Origin: a virus
Length of the DNA stretch: 64,000 nt
Virus record (IMG/VR): IMGVR_UViG_3300029258_005404
Reading direction: 5' to 3' (one strand)
Of the stretch, positions 41,371-52,559 are shown in pieces; position 1 is the first letter of the stretch; the number at the start of each line of letters is the position of its first letter. The notes under the pieces were generated by a model. The model had not been told where the DNA came from and did not search any database. It saw only the letters and a list, made by a program, of their open reading frames with translations. Position numbers and translations under genes: made by a program.

Positions 41371-41498
41371 GGCAGGGGATGTCTCTTATAAAGGTGACGC
41401 AGGTTTATTCCTATATTCCACCCGGGGTATCATGGTGTGAATAAGTGGTAAAACCATTTCCGGAGAATAACCGGATAGGAATTCCTGCTACGCCTGCT
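41371..41498 (+). ncRNA. Candidate four-way-junction ncRNA
   Basis: GCAGG..ATTCCTAT/ATAGGAAT..CCTGC closing helix with CACC/GGTG, TGGT/ACCA and TCCGG/CCGGA arms. Confidence 0.4.
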
Positions 41499-41512
41499 GA
41501 AATGGAAATATT

Positions 41513-41989
41513 ATGATTCGATATGTATGTGGTTTTATGTTCAATAATTTAAAATCATCTGTTGTTCTTATAAGAAAGAAAAGACCTGAATGGCAGAATG
41601 GTATGCTCAATGGCGTCGGCGGAAAAGTAAATGATTATGATGATGACGATATTGGGGCAATGATTAGAGAATTTCGAGAAGAAACCGGTGTTCATTATGA
41701 AAATTGGAAACATTTTGTTACAATTACAGACCGGAAAGAATTTGAAGTTGTATTCTTCGCTGCAGCAGACACTGAAGCATTTGACAAGGCCTACACAGCA
41801 ACAGACGAAATTATCGTAAAAAGTATTATTACAGGTCGTGGAGATATATCATTTGCAATTGATGCATCTTGCGTCTTTAACCTCAATTGGTTAATCCCAC
41901 TTGCACTGGATGAAAAAGTTATTAAACCAGTGACAATAATTTATACCGAAAATGGACTATCAATCGGTAATGGGCCATTTACTGCGTAA
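41513..41989 (+). CDS. NUDIX hydrolase
   Basis: GVGGKV...AMIREFREETG Nudix box. Confidence 0.9.
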   Translation: MIRYVCGFMFNNLKSSVVLIRKKRPEWQNGMLNGVGGKVNDYDDDDIGAMIREFREETGVHYENWKHFVTITDRKEFEVVFFAAADTEAFDKAYTATDEIIVKSIITGRGDISFAIDASCVFNLNWLIPLALDEKVIKPVTIIYTENGLSIGNGPFTA

Positions 41990-42122
41990 GAAATTGAAGA
42001 GCCGAAGCTCGAACCACAGTTTTATAAAGAATCCAAAAAAAACAAATTAGTGTACAATATATTAAGCACAAATTTTTTTTTATATCTAATATTTTTCGGA
42101 AAATGACACTCAAAGGTATGTT

Positions 42123-43340
42123 ATGTCTGGTAATAATCAAGGAATAGAAGTTGTATATAATAATAGAAGATATAGAGCAATAGGTGAGGCTATGTGGGCT
42201 TGTTTTTTTGACATAATAGGAATAATTTTTGGTTATGAAGTAAAAAACATCAGCGGTTGGTTGGTTGATTTTTATTTTTCATATATACCAGGATTATGTA
42301 TAGATGGCTTTATTGAAAAGAAAATAGCATGTGAAAGAAAGGCTGCTGAATATGATAATGATGCTCAGTTTACTCCATATCTTTCATATGTATACGAAAG
42401 AGGTGATCCAATTCTATTTATAGGGCATATACCTGGGTTTGCAAAGTATAAAATGTGTAAATATAATAAAATTCATTTTGCAACAGCTGTAAATCCAAGG
42501 ACTGGTGAGCGAACTAAGTTGTACATTGGTTACAATCTTGACAAAGAAAATATATTTGGACTTTACAGTAATAATGATAAAGTTGTTAAATGCACTGGTG
42601 AATATAAGCCGATTGACAGATCTGATATATCAATTGGTTTAAAAATGCTTGTTGATGACGCAAAAATAATAATAGATAAATTTTGCAGAAAAGGTAAGAC
42701 TGGCCAAACAAGTAGGTACTTTGGAAAAATTAGATATTCATATAATGAAATAAAGAAACTGCTTCTTCTAAAAAGAAGTGGAAAAAAAATTCACATCAAG
42801 AATGTGTTTAGATATCCTGATCTTAATATAAAAACACTATTCGACGCAGAATATGAAGAATTAAAAGGAAAGCTTGTCGAATCCTGTATTGATGTATTTG
42901 ATAATGAATGTTATTGGAAAGACTGCTGCACACTATCATCTACAGAATGTGTATCAAGGATATGTTATGCAAAAAGAAACCAGCTAGGATCATTTGTTGC
43001 TCTTATGAATCAATATAATAAAAAAATTGAAAAATGCGGGTTTATTCACGGTTGTTTTTATTGTAGATTTAAAGGTGGATATGCATGTAAAAATAAAATT
43101 GAAGATGCTGAAAAATATATTAGAATATCAAAAAAGACAAACCCTTGTATATATGTTTCAGTATGCAAAAAACTTTTGCAATGCGACCCTAATAAATGTG
43201 TTCAATATCATAATAACTGTGATGATATTAAGCATGTAAAATCTTCACCATGCATCATGGGTAGTAATATGTTCGCATGTGATTTTTGTAGGATATATTC
43301 TAACTGTAATTGTGATTTAAAAAGAGATATATTTGGTTAA
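42123..43340 (+). CDS. Hypothetical protein, possible PD-(D/E)xK-like N-domain with Cys-rich C-terminus
   Basis: YRAIGEAMWACFFDIIGIIFGYE...VDFY; many CxxC motifs in the last 150 aa. Confidence 0.45.
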   Translation: MSGNNQGIEVVYNNRRYRAIGEAMWACFFDIIGIIFGYEVKNISGWLVDFYFSYIPGLCIDGFIEKKIACERKAAEYDNDAQFTPYLSYVYERGDPILFIGHIPGFAKYKMCKYNKIHFATAVNPRTGERTKLYIGYNLDKENIFGLYSNNDKVVKCTGEYKPIDRSDISIGLKMLVDDAKIIIDKFCRKGKTGQTSRYFGKIRYSYNEIKKLLLLKRSGKKIHIKNVFRYPDLNIKTLFDAEYEELKGKLVESCIDVFDNECYWKDCCTLSSTECVSRICYAKRNQLGSFVALMNQYNKKIEKCGFIHGCFYCRFKGGYACKNKIEDAEKYIRISKKTNPCIYVSVCKKLLQCDPNKCVQYHNNCDDIKHVKSSPCIMGSNMFACDFCRIYSNCNCDLKRDIFG

Positions 43341-43371
43341 ACTATTAATATTTTATAAGGAGTAAATAAAA

Positions 43372-45270
43372 ATGAATTTTAAATCAACAGATTTTGAAAA
43401 ATCTGAATACAATGAGATTTCTGATGAGAAATATAAGAAAACAATGGATTCATTTTTTAAAGAAGATGATAATATTTCTACTGGCTATTATGGGTTTAAG
43501 ATGAATGATCCATACAAACCGAAAATAACACTACCGAATGACGGAAATCCTCATAATAAAAAGTTGTCAATGTTTCCATTTCCGACATTTAGAAAGTTTC
43601 AAAAAAAATTACTTCAGAGAATGTTTGAGGTAGATGAAAAGTTTATTCTATATCAAGGGCCTTGTGGAAGCGGTAAGTCTGCAACAGCTGTTACTTTTGC
43701 TATGAACCAGTCTAAAACATTTATACTTACTTCACAAAGAGTTCTTGAAGATCAGTATATAAACGACTTCGGGTGCGATGATTTCGCTGTATTGAAAGCG
43801 AAGAGGCATTATCAATGTGAAGTGGATGATGCGTGTAATGCCGCAGAAGCAAGATGTTCACATGGTTTTAAGTGTGATGAGCTTTGTGATTACAGAATAG
43901 CAAGAGGAAAGGCTATGAATGCCAAGGTTGTTGTGATGAATTATACTTATTTTCTTTATGCCACATATTTTGGTGATTATTTACCAATGGCAGATCTTAT
44001 AATATACGATGAAGCTCATAATATTGAGAAGCAGCTTATGGCATTTATTAAAATAGATTTTAAAATTGGACATCTACTAGAATACGGTATTATAGAGATT
44101 CCAAGATACAAAAATGCTAATAATTATATTCAATGGATTAATGAGGTAGTAGATCATTATAAAGCTGATGTTCTTGAATCTAATAATTTATTAAAAAATA
44201 AACAAAAGGAGTGTAGTGATATTGAAGACAGAAAACCACCAAGCAGGTTTATAGAAAAATTAGACAAATGGAAAATTGAACACGAGAAGATACTTGTTTC
44301 TATAAAGAAACTTGAGAAAAAAATAGAAGTTTTACACAAAAGAGTAATTAAAGTGGGTGATTTTATTAATTCGTTCAAAAAATATAAATGGGTTTATAAA
44401 TTCTCATATGAAGGAGATACTCTAAAGGAAACAATAACATTCAAACCTGTATCAGTTTCACAGTATGCAAATGAGATGTTATTCAAACATGGTAAAAGGC
44501 ACCTTATGATGTCTGCAACAATACTCGACAGTGAAATGTTTTGTTATAATATTGGTATAGACCATACAAAAGTACATTACTTCGTAACACCATCTACATT
44601 CCCACCTGAAAACAGAAAAATATACTTTGTTAATGCTGGAAATATGTCTAATAAAAAAAGAGATAAAAATATAGATAGTGCAGCAGAGATTGTAACGAAG
44701 ATAATGGATATGTACTCGAATCAAAAGGGGCTTATATATACTAAAAATAACAGTGTTAAAAATGAAATAAAGCGTGGACTTCCAGACAGGCACTTGGTAA
44801 GATTAAAAGACCACGAGAGATATGCTGATAGAAATGAATGCCTTAATGAGTTTTTGACGAATAAAACTAATAAAGTGCTTATCTCCCCATCGTTCAGTGA
44901 GGGTATTGACCTTAAGGATGATAGAGCAAGGTTTATAGTAATAGCCAAAGTTCCATGGCCAGATAAGGGAGACCCACAAGTTAAGACAAAAGACCAAATG
45001 GTGCCGGATTGGTATAGATTTCAAACCGCTCTCGATTTCCATCAGGTTTTGGGAAGGGGTGTTCGCCATGAAAAAGATTGGTGTGATATATATATACTCG
45101 ATTCTGCTTTTGAAGGGTTAGTTTACCCAACAACATTTACAGGTGAAAGGCTTAAAAACTTTTTCTCTCATGATGTTATTGATTGTCTTGAATTAGATGA
45201 AGCAGGGTTTCCAGTTACTACTAATATTGACGATATAACACCATCAACAGGACCATCTGTAGTAAAATGA
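43372..45270 (+). CDS. DinG/XPD-family SF2 helicase
   Basis: GPCGSGKS, VVMNY, IIYDEAH, MSATI, SFSEGIDL, QVLGRGVRH motifs. Confidence 0.85.
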   Translation: MNFKSTDFEKSEYNEISDEKYKKTMDSFFKEDDNISTGYYGFKMNDPYKPKITLPNDGNPHNKKLSMFPFPTFRKFQKKLLQRMFEVDEKFILYQGPCGSGKSATAVTFAMNQSKTFILTSQRVLEDQYINDFGCDDFAVLKAKRHYQCEVDDACNAAEARCSHGFKCDELCDYRIARGKAMNAKVVVMNYTYFLYATYFGDYLPMADLIIYDEAHNIEKQLMAFIKIDFKIGHLLEYGIIEIPRYKNANNYIQWINEVVDHYKADVLESNNLLKNKQKECSDIEDRKPPSRFIEKLDKWKIEHEKILVSIKKLEKKIEVLHKRVIKVGDFINSFKKYKWVYKFSYEGDTLKETITFKPVSVSQYANEMLFKHGKRHLMMSATILDSEMFCYNIGIDHTKVHYFVTPSTFPPENRKIYFVNAGNMSNKKRDKNIDSAAEIVTKIMDMYSNQKGLIYTKNNSVKNEIKRGLPDRHLVRLKDHERYADRNECLNEFLTNKTNKVLISPSFSEGIDLKDDRARFIVIAKVPWPDKGDPQVKTKDQMVPDWYRFQTALDFHQVLGRGVRHEKDWCDIYILDSAFEGLVYPTTFTGERLKNFFSHDVIDCLELDEAGFPVTTNIDDITPSTGPSVVK

Positions 45271-46203
45271 TAACAATGAACTGGGCTTTACCATTAGATC
45301 AGCATGAAATTGAGGAATTAGGAGAATATAATATAGTACTGTCTGATGTTGGCATGATTAATAAAATGCTTCTAATTCCTACACATTTTTTGTTAGGAAA
45401 ATATAATGTAAATAAATATAATTTTGATTCTGTAGGCTATGAGACACTTTTAAGAAGTATTAAAAACTCAGGATATGAATTTATTTCATTTGGGGTTAAG
45501 AATGGTACCAATTCTTAATAACTGGGTTGAATGTCCTAATGGTTTCTGTCGTAAAGATGAAATACTAATTAATAGTGTATACGATAGTGAGAGGTTTAAA
45601 CACTACAGACAACAATACCCCCTCTACAATCACATCCTCCAACATCTCGGAGAATTTACTATACCTGAATATGAGCAAGGTTGGGCGCAACAAGAGGGAA
45701 GATTATTCCAGATGGTTGTTGATGAAATTGAGGATCTTGAGCAACCTCGTACACCTATTATTGATACACCTATGTTTCCAGGTCTCTATATACAAGAGAA
45801 TGAGCCAAACCGTAATAATCAATTATTTGTTGGAGGATGTGATTTTGGAAGGGATAATGACCAAGTAGGATTTTATATAAGTGGTAGTAGCTCTGGTAGC
45901 GGTATAAATATAAGCGCATCAAGTAGTGGCGCAGGTGTTGAACTTTCTACAGGAGGTACCAATAATGCATCTCATATCCACTTTTTTAATCCACCTTTAT
46001 CCACTGGCGGAAGTGCATAAGCGATACCGTATTTTTCCCAATACAAAACATGAATTTATTAAATGTCCATACTGCAATTCAATTTCAAAAGTATATTTTT
46101 TGGAGCTTCTTTTTATCGGTAAGTACTGCATAAATTGTGGAGCCAGACATATCGCCTGGAATGTAACACTTCCTCCATTTTATCGAAAAATAAAGAAACG
46201 ATT

Positions 46204-46230
46204 GTTATAACCAGCACAATTCTGGTATAA
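46204..46230 (+). promoter_or_regulatory. Bipartite promoter motif, copy 5
   Basis: GTTAT at 46204, TCTGGTATAA at 46221. Confidence 0.6.
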
Positions 46231-46301
46231 CCATTTTGTAAAATTTAATTAACATAAGGGCGTGCACACCCTTTTTTTTATTTAATATTAAAAACCGCGA
46301 G

Positions 46302-48314
46302 GTGGTGATGAGTAAATTAATCTTTAAAGACTTTAAAGATGCTGTACAGAAACAGTTCGATACTATGAAGAATAGGCCACTCTTTGTAGTCGAAGTGGAA
46401 AAGAATTATCTATGGAATATATATCTCAATAGCTTTCCCGAAGGTTACAATAAAATGTTTCGTGAAAGGCTGGAATATGATTGCCAGTCATGTAAAACAT
46501 TCATAAGGGCATGTGGCCATATGGTTAAAATCGTCGATAATAAAATGGTTTCAATATGGGATATTGATATTGAAGGTCCGTATAAAATTGTCGCCGATGC
46601 ATTATCAAAAGCTGTTAAGAAAAGGCCTATCAGGAATGTATTTCGATATTTTCAGCAGAATGCAGGAACAAATAGTAATATGCAAATGCTCGAAGATGGA
46701 AATACAATTAAATGGGAGCATTTTTTTGTTAAACTTCCTGCACAGTATGTACAAAGTGGTGATGATATTAATGTTACTTATTCGAACTGCAGAACACAGA
46801 AAGAATTATTCTGCCGGGCAATGAATGAGATAACTCTTGAATCAGCAGAAACTGTTCGTGATCTTATTGAGCAGAATTCTCTTTACCGCGGTGAGGAGCA
46901 TTTACCGACAATTAAGCTCTTCATAGCAGAAAAGAGTAAATATGATGTCGTTCCAGAAGAGGGCCGTGATATATATGAGTGGACAACCTCTTTAAGACTT
47001 GGTGGTAATTCAAGAATGAAAAATTCTGTTATCGGAACGCTCCTGGTAGATTTATCGAATGGAGAATCGCTTGATAGGGCCGTTAGCTCGTTTGAGTCTA
47101 AAGTTGCACCCGCTAATTATAAACGACCTACTGCTCTTATTACAAAAGGTATGATAAAGCAGGCTGAGAAGAAGGTAGAAGAGCTCGGCATAGAAAACTC
47201 CCTTTATAGACGGTTTGCTGTTACTGAAGATATAACAGTAAATAACGTTCTTTTTGCTGACAGAGAAGCAAAAAAGAAAATGGGAGCATTTGACACTCTT
47301 AAAAGCGAAGTTGCTGTTAATGAGAAAAAATACAGCAAGGTTGAAGAGGTTTCTGTTGATAAATTTATAAAAGACATTTTGCCAAATGTTGATTCTGTTG
47401 AAATGATATTCGAAAACAGACATATCAATAATTTGATGAGCCTTATTGCCCCAATGCAGCCTGATACAAAAAATATATTCCAATGGCACAATAATTTCTC
47501 ATGGGCGTATAATGGTGATGTTACCGACTCAATTAAAGAACGTGTTAAGGCCGCCGGCGGGAGTGTTACCGGCGTTCTACGTTGTTCGCTCGGGTGGTTC
47601 AATTATGATGATTTGGATATCCATGTAATCGAACCTTATGGCAATGAGATTTATTATGGAAATAAATCTTCTAGTACAGGTGGCTGTCTCGATGTTGATA
47701 TGAATGCCGGTGGGTCACAATCTCGTAATGCTGTTGAAAATATTACGTGGCCAAGACTCTCTACAATGAAAGAGGGTAAGTATCAAGTATTTATCAACCA
47801 GTATAACAAGCGTGAAGATGATAACGTTGGATTTGATGCAGAAATTGAATATGGTGGTGAAATTCACCGGTTTCATTATCCGCGTCGTGTTTCAGGAAAT
47901 GTTCATGTTGCCGAATTTACATTTTCTAAAAAAGGTGGTATAAAGTTTGGCAAATCAATGGAGTCAACTACAGCAAAAAAAACCGTATGGGGAATTTCTA
48001 CCCAACAATTTCACAAGGTGAAATTGATTATGAATTCTCCAAATCATTGGGATGGTCATAAAACCGGTAATCGTCATGTGTTTTTTATACTTGATGGATG
48101 TAAAAACGACAAAGACGCAAGAGGATTTTTCAATGAATTCCTCAGTAATGAGTTGACTAAGCACAGAAAAGTGTTTGAAGTGCTTGGATCTAAACTCAAG
48201 GCCAAAGTTTCTGATGAACAATTAAGTGGTCTTGGTTTCTCAAGTACAAAGAGGAATTCTGTTGTTTGTAAGTTATCAGGGAATTTTTCCCGGACTATCA
48301 AAATAAACTTCTAA
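46302..48314 (+). CDS. Large phage protein with C-terminal YfaP/DUF2135-like domain
   Basis: LRCSLGWFNYDDLDIHVIEP...LDVDMNAGG...AVENITW. Confidence 0.55.
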   Translation: MVMSKLIFKDFKDAVQKQFDTMKNRPLFVVEVEKNYLWNIYLNSFPEGYNKMFRERLEYDCQSCKTFIRACGHMVKIVDNKMVSIWDIDIEGPYKIVADALSKAVKKRPIRNVFRYFQQNAGTNSNMQMLEDGNTIKWEHFFVKLPAQYVQSGDDINVTYSNCRTQKELFCRAMNEITLESAETVRDLIEQNSLYRGEEHLPTIKLFIAEKSKYDVVPEEGRDIYEWTTSLRLGGNSRMKNSVIGTLLVDLSNGESLDRAVSSFESKVAPANYKRPTALITKGMIKQAEKKVEELGIENSLYRRFAVTEDITVNNVLFADREAKKKMGAFDTLKSEVAVNEKKYSKVEEVSVDKFIKDILPNVDSVEMIFENRHINNLMSLIAPMQPDTKNIFQWHNNFSWAYNGDVTDSIKERVKAAGGSVTGVLRCSLGWFNYDDLDIHVIEPYGNEIYYGNKSSSTGGCLDVDMNAGGSQSRNAVENITWPRLSTMKEGKYQVFINQYNKREDDNVGFDAEIEYGGEIHRFHYPRRVSGNVHVAEFTFSKKGGIKFGKSMESTTAKKTVWGISTQQFHKVKLIMNSPNHWDGHKTGNRHVFFILDGCKNDKDARGFFNEFLSNELTKHRKVFEVLGSKLKAKVSDEQLSGLGFSSTKRNSVVCKLSGNFSRTIKINF

Positions 48315-48324
48315 GGAGTGTGTA

Positions 48325-48729
48325 ATGGATATTTTCGCTTACGCGACTCGTACAAAACTGAGGTTTGAAACGGACAGGGGTAACCTTACTGTAGAAGATC
48401 TCTGGGACCTTCCATTAACCGATGAAAATGGTGGGTTGTCGATCGATTCCATCGGTAGAATTATGACAAAAGCTGTGAGAGATAATGAAGGTAATGAAGC
48501 TTTTGTTTCTACAAAAGAAAAGGATGATGAAGGCCTACCGTTAAAAGTAAAGCTTCAAATCCTTGAACATATAAGGGATCACAAGGTTGAATATGCTGCC
48601 CGGGCTGAAAAAGCTGTATTGACCAAGGCACGGAAGCAGAAAATCCTTGAGATTATTGAACAGAAAAAGGTTGGCGCACTTGAGGAAAAGAGTGTGGAAG
48701 AGCTTCAAGAGCTGCTTGATTCAATGTAA
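48325..48729 (+). CDS. Phage coiled-coil protein, partner of the preceding gene
   Basis: ATRTKLRFET.RGNLTVEDLWDLPL motif. Confidence 0.6.
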   Translation: MDIFAYATRTKLRFETDRGNLTVEDLWDLPLTDENGGLSIDSIGRIMTKAVRDNEGNEAFVSTKEKDDEGLPLKVKLQILEHIRDHKVEYAARAEKAVLTKARKQKILEIIEQKKVGALEEKSVEELQELLDSM

Positions 48730-48757
48730 TAAAATGACGGGCTTGTTCAGCCTCTAC

Positions 48758-48785
48758 GTGATTATCGTATATTATCTGGTATAAT
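48758..48785 (+). promoter_or_regulatory. Bipartite promoter motif, copy 6
   Basis: GTGAT at 48758, TCTGGTATAAT at 48775. Confidence 0.55.
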
Positions 48786-49155
48786 GATAATGTAAGATAA
48801 AAACAGCCCTCGTGCAACGAGGAGAAAGGGGTCTCATATGGTAAAAGAGATTCTTAAAATATCTGCTGCATTAGTAGTAGGTATAGTCGGGACAATTCTT
48901 ACCCCAAAGGTTATCAGAAAGCGGGGTAAGAAAGCTGAGAAAGCTCCCGAAGAAAAAGGTGAATAAAACGAAATCTCAGCAGCTGAGGATAATAATAAAG
49001 TCGGGGTAACTTTCTTGAAAACATCTTAAAATCCTATTGACATTCCGACATCAATAGGTGTCCTCATTTTCGAATGAAGGCTAGGTTATAATTGTAACCT
49101 AGTCTTTTTTTTTAATTATTAATAAGCAATTTATTTAAAATATTAGTAAAATAAT

Positions 49156-49182
49156 GTGATTCTTTTTATATTCATGGTATAA
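49156..49182 (+). promoter_or_regulatory. Bipartite promoter motif, copy 7
   Basis: GTGAT at 49156, TGGTATAA at 49175. Confidence 0.55.
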
Positions 49183-49225
49183 ATAATATAGTAAGTCATA
49201 TATATTAATTTCACAGGAGGATTAT

Positions 49226-49387
49226 ATGCCATTCTATGATGATTCTCTTGATGAAGAGATGTCATTTCCTGAAGTCAGAAGTGCAGAGGAATTAGACGAA
49301 GAGGCGTTTGGGGATGTAAGAGGTAATTTTTCACAGCGCCAAACCGTTGACGATGATAGTTATTACGGGCACTTATTGGACTCGTAG
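49226..49387 (+). CDS. 53-aa highly acidic protein
   Basis: AGGAGG SD; MPFYDDSLDEEMSFPEVRSAEELDEEAF...LLDS*; 16 of 53 residues are D/E. Confidence 0.55.
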   Translation: MPFYDDSLDEEMSFPEVRSAEELDEEAFGDVRGNFSQRQTVDDDSYYGHLLDS

Positions 49388-49618
49388 CTACGAGAAGGTG
49401 ACTGGTAGAGAAGTTATTAATCACCATAATGTATTGTGATGTTAATAATGGATCCCGGTCGCCTTTTTTTTTAAAGGCATAATAGTGTCAGGGGGTTAAA
49501 CCAATGATATGGAAAATATTATGGTGGACTGGGATTGTTCTGTCCCTGTTCATAATTAATTTACAGACTACTTTATAGGCGCTTTGCAGCGCCTTTTTTT
49601 TAAATCAGGAGGATAGCT

Positions 49619-50521
49619 GTGAATATATTTAGAAAAATTGAAGAAACAAAAGCCCTTATTAAAAAAATGAAAGACAGAATGCCAACCAATATACAGGCAG
49701 TAAATGTTGCTTATGATTTTATAACATTATATGAGAAATTAAATCTCTGGCAATCATTAGGTTCAAAAACATTCCGTTTATCCAAAGAGCTTATTGATGC
49801 TTTTACACTTACTGATATACCTCTTGATATTACTCCGAACGAATTTAAATATCCATTTGATACATTTCTTATTGAGGGCGAGAAGCCTTTATACCAGGTT
49901 CAAATTCGCAAAAACGATTATGCAGATGTGCACTGTCTGCTTTTTATTGACAAAAGAGCAATAATAAAACAGCCTGGTGATAGATACCTTACACGCAATG
50001 GTGAATGGCTTGACGATCTTGAATGGGATCTATCTGTATCAGGATTATCTCCCGGCCTTGACGGATATGGGCTTGATCACATGTGGTTAAATATGAAAAA
50101 TCATGAAACAATTGAAAACGCTCTTAAAGTAGAAAATCAAGCAAAAGAATATCGTGATACAGTATCGATACCTGAAGCCAAAAGGGCTTCGAATATTTTC
50201 TTTAATACGATAATGTATATCAACGATCCAACAAGGATACCTGTGGAGACTGAGTCGAGAGGGAGAGCTAAATATAAATTAAGCGGTAAAAAAAGAACAA
50301 TAAAGAATGAATATATTTTACTTCGTCCACCGAGAAATTACATTTCAATTCCTGGAGTCGGAACTGGTAGAAAAGTTGATAAGCGATTTATTGTTCGTGG
50401 TCATTATCGCAACCAAGTATATGGAAAGGGTCGATTAGAACGAAAAAGAATTTGGATTATGCCATTCTGGAAAGGACCTGAATTAGCTGAGATTGTATCA
50501 AAAAAATATAAGGTGGAATAA
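49619..50521 (+). CDS. Phage hypothetical protein
   Basis: C-terminal FIVRGHYRNQVYGKGR...IWIMPFWKG motif. Confidence 0.55.
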   Translation: MNIFRKIEETKALIKKMKDRMPTNIQAVNVAYDFITLYEKLNLWQSLGSKTFRLSKELIDAFTLTDIPLDITPNEFKYPFDTFLIEGEKPLYQVQIRKNDYADVHCLLFIDKRAIIKQPGDRYLTRNGEWLDDLEWDLSVSGLSPGLDGYGLDHMWLNMKNHETIENALKVENQAKEYRDTVSIPEAKRASNIFFNTIMYINDPTRIPVETESRGRAKYKLSGKKRTIKNEYILLRPPRNYISIPGVGTGRKVDKRFIVRGHYRNQVYGKGRLERKRIWIMPFWKGPELAEIVSKKYKVE

Positions 50522-51394
50522 TATGGATAAATTATTGGAAGAATTAGTTAAAGCTGCTATGTCGGAAGCTTACCCTGAAGGTGATGATAGTAATCCTGAT
50601 GATGATTTTGTTAGTTGTAATAAAAATGGTTTTCGAGTTGCCTTTAGGAAAGTACTAATCCAAAATTCTCACACTATGGCTAAAAAATCCATATCGAACA
50701 ATAAACAAATTGATGCCATTGCCTTGAAAGAAGAGATTCAAGAAGTATTGCGCGGTTATATTTTTTCAAATGAAGTGTCCAGAATAACCGATTGCATAAT
50801 GAAAAAAATAGAACAAAGGATACATATTTCGTAAATTATTGTATTTAATCCAAAATTTTCAAGGATATTTTATATGGCAAAACGATATATAATAGTTGAA
50901 AAATGCAGTGAAAAGACGTGTCCGTATTATGAGATTCATCCGATATTAAAAAAACGATATTGTAAATTAGTTAGTAAAAATTATGGCGACATAATTGATT
51001 CTAGGGTTAAAACATTTCCAAGGTTTTGTCCATTGGATAATATTAAATGTCCGCATTGTGGAGGTAAATTTTATACTGAATAACCTTATAGGAGAAAAAA
51101 AAATGTTTTTATTTGAATGTTTGTTAAAGTTTCCATATCACTTACGTAGATTGCCTGAAAAGGTATATGTAATTGCTGAATCTCCCGACGATGCCAAATT
51201 GTTAATAACAAAAGGTCAATATAAGTCAATTGACATTAAAATGTTATGCGAGCAAAAAAACATTCTTTCCTCAGATAATAAGAATTCTGACGATGATAAA
51301 CCAATAACAAACAGATTCCTAAGATATACAGACTAATATTAGACATTACAAGTTGAAAGAATAATAATATGTAAATTAATAAAATAAAATAAGT

Positions 51395-51495
51395 GAAAGT
51401 CTCACCCGAATTGGATAGAAATATCTGCCAGTAGTACCAGCAACTGTACGACTGGGGCTATCTCCGTGTTCACCAGGAGACTTGGTGAGACTTTC
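51395..51495 (+). ncRNA. Candidate multibranch ncRNA
   Basis: 12-bp closing stem GAAAGTCTCACC/GGTGAGACTTTC; GATAG/CTATC, CCAGT/ACTGG, CTCC/GGAG. Confidence 0.45.
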
Positions 51496-51533
51496 CTTTC
51501 TTTTTAACAAGAAGGGGGTCTAATGTAAATTAA

Positions 51534-52331
51534 ATGGAAAAAAAGGCTAGTATTATAAGAGATAAAGAGCAAGAGCGCATATACCATTCTTTGCTCAGTG
51601 GACATTTTAAAACCGTAACCCTCGAGAAATATAATGACGCAATGATGAATTTAATGTTTCAAGAGGCTTGTGACAAAGTGCTTGGTAAAAATTTTTCCAA
51701 GAATCGAATAAGCAAACGTAAAGAAAAAAAAATAAAAGATTATGTTGCAAATAAAATTCGAAAAAAGTATGGTAAGTGGGTTAATCTTACCAATGTAAAA
51801 TTAAAGAAAAATGGCCAAATGGCTTTTAGAACAAATCTTGACAGAACATTTATTGTTCCTGACAGAGGTAGATTATACGGTGCTTACTATCATACAATAA
51901 GTGGAAATGTATTTTTTACTGAACATTGTCTTGAACGGTTTGAAGAACGGGCAAATATGGAATTTCTTGATGGTATAATAAATGCTGCCAGGAGAGGTCT
52001 TAATGCAGAGCCAACTGCAGTTGATATTTTATCATTACTTATAAATTATGGCCCGCTTGATTATGGTAGAAATAAAGACCATCTTCATATAAGCGTATTA
52101 TCTGGAATAATTGCGCTTGAAGATCTTGGAGATGTATTTATAGCAAAAACATTTCTTTCTGAGAACATGATTAAAGATATACAATGGTATCGACCCGAAA
52201 TTGGAAATCGCAGTGAAGCAATGTCATTTGTCAGTGTATTACAATCGCCGTGTAAAAAAATAGATAAGCCCCTTTTATATACAACAGCAATAGAAGAAGC
52301 TCGTAAACTCTACAATGAAAGCGTGGATTAA
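51534..52331 (+). CDS. Hypothetical protein
   Basis: 265-aa ORF; FTEHCLERFEER resembles RelE-like HA.ER motifs (weak). Confidence 0.5.
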   Translation: MEKKASIIRDKEQERIYHSLLSGHFKTVTLEKYNDAMMNLMFQEACDKVLGKNFSKNRISKRKEKKIKDYVANKIRKKYGKWVNLTNVKLKKNGQMAFRTNLDRTFIVPDRGRLYGAYYHTISGNVFFTEHCLERFEERANMEFLDGIINAARRGLNAEPTAVDILSLLINYGPLDYGRNKDHLHISVLSGIIALEDLGDVFIAKTFLSENMIKDIQWYRPEIGNRSEAMSFVSVLQSPCKKIDKPLLYTTAIEEARKLYNESVD

Positions 52332-52384
52332 TAATCTACGTTGCTTGACTATGAGTTGAGCTTCTTTTTTAGTTATTAGATATT

Positions 52385-52411
52385 GTTATAAAATATGAAA
52401 ATCTGGTATAA
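52385..52411 (+). promoter_or_regulatory. Bipartite promoter motif, copy 8
   Basis: GTTAT at 52385, TCTGGTATAA at 52402. Confidence 0.6.
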
Positions 52412-52441
52412 ATATATTGAATGGCGATTTATATTTAAATT

Positions 52442-52559
52442 GGAAGAAAGGTTATACCGACCCCACCATGCCACAGGGTAGCGAGAAAACCGTAAGGGTA
52501 ATCGTCCTGCTATATTGGTGCCTTCGTCGGTCTTTTCCTTGATTTGGGACCTTTCTTCC
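52442..52559 (+). ncRNA. Candidate long-hairpin ncRNA downstream of a promoter
   Basis: GGAAGAAAGGT/ACCTTTCTTCC, ACCGAC/GTCGGT, CACCA/TGGTG, CAGG/CCTG, apical GTAA loop. Confidence 0.45.
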
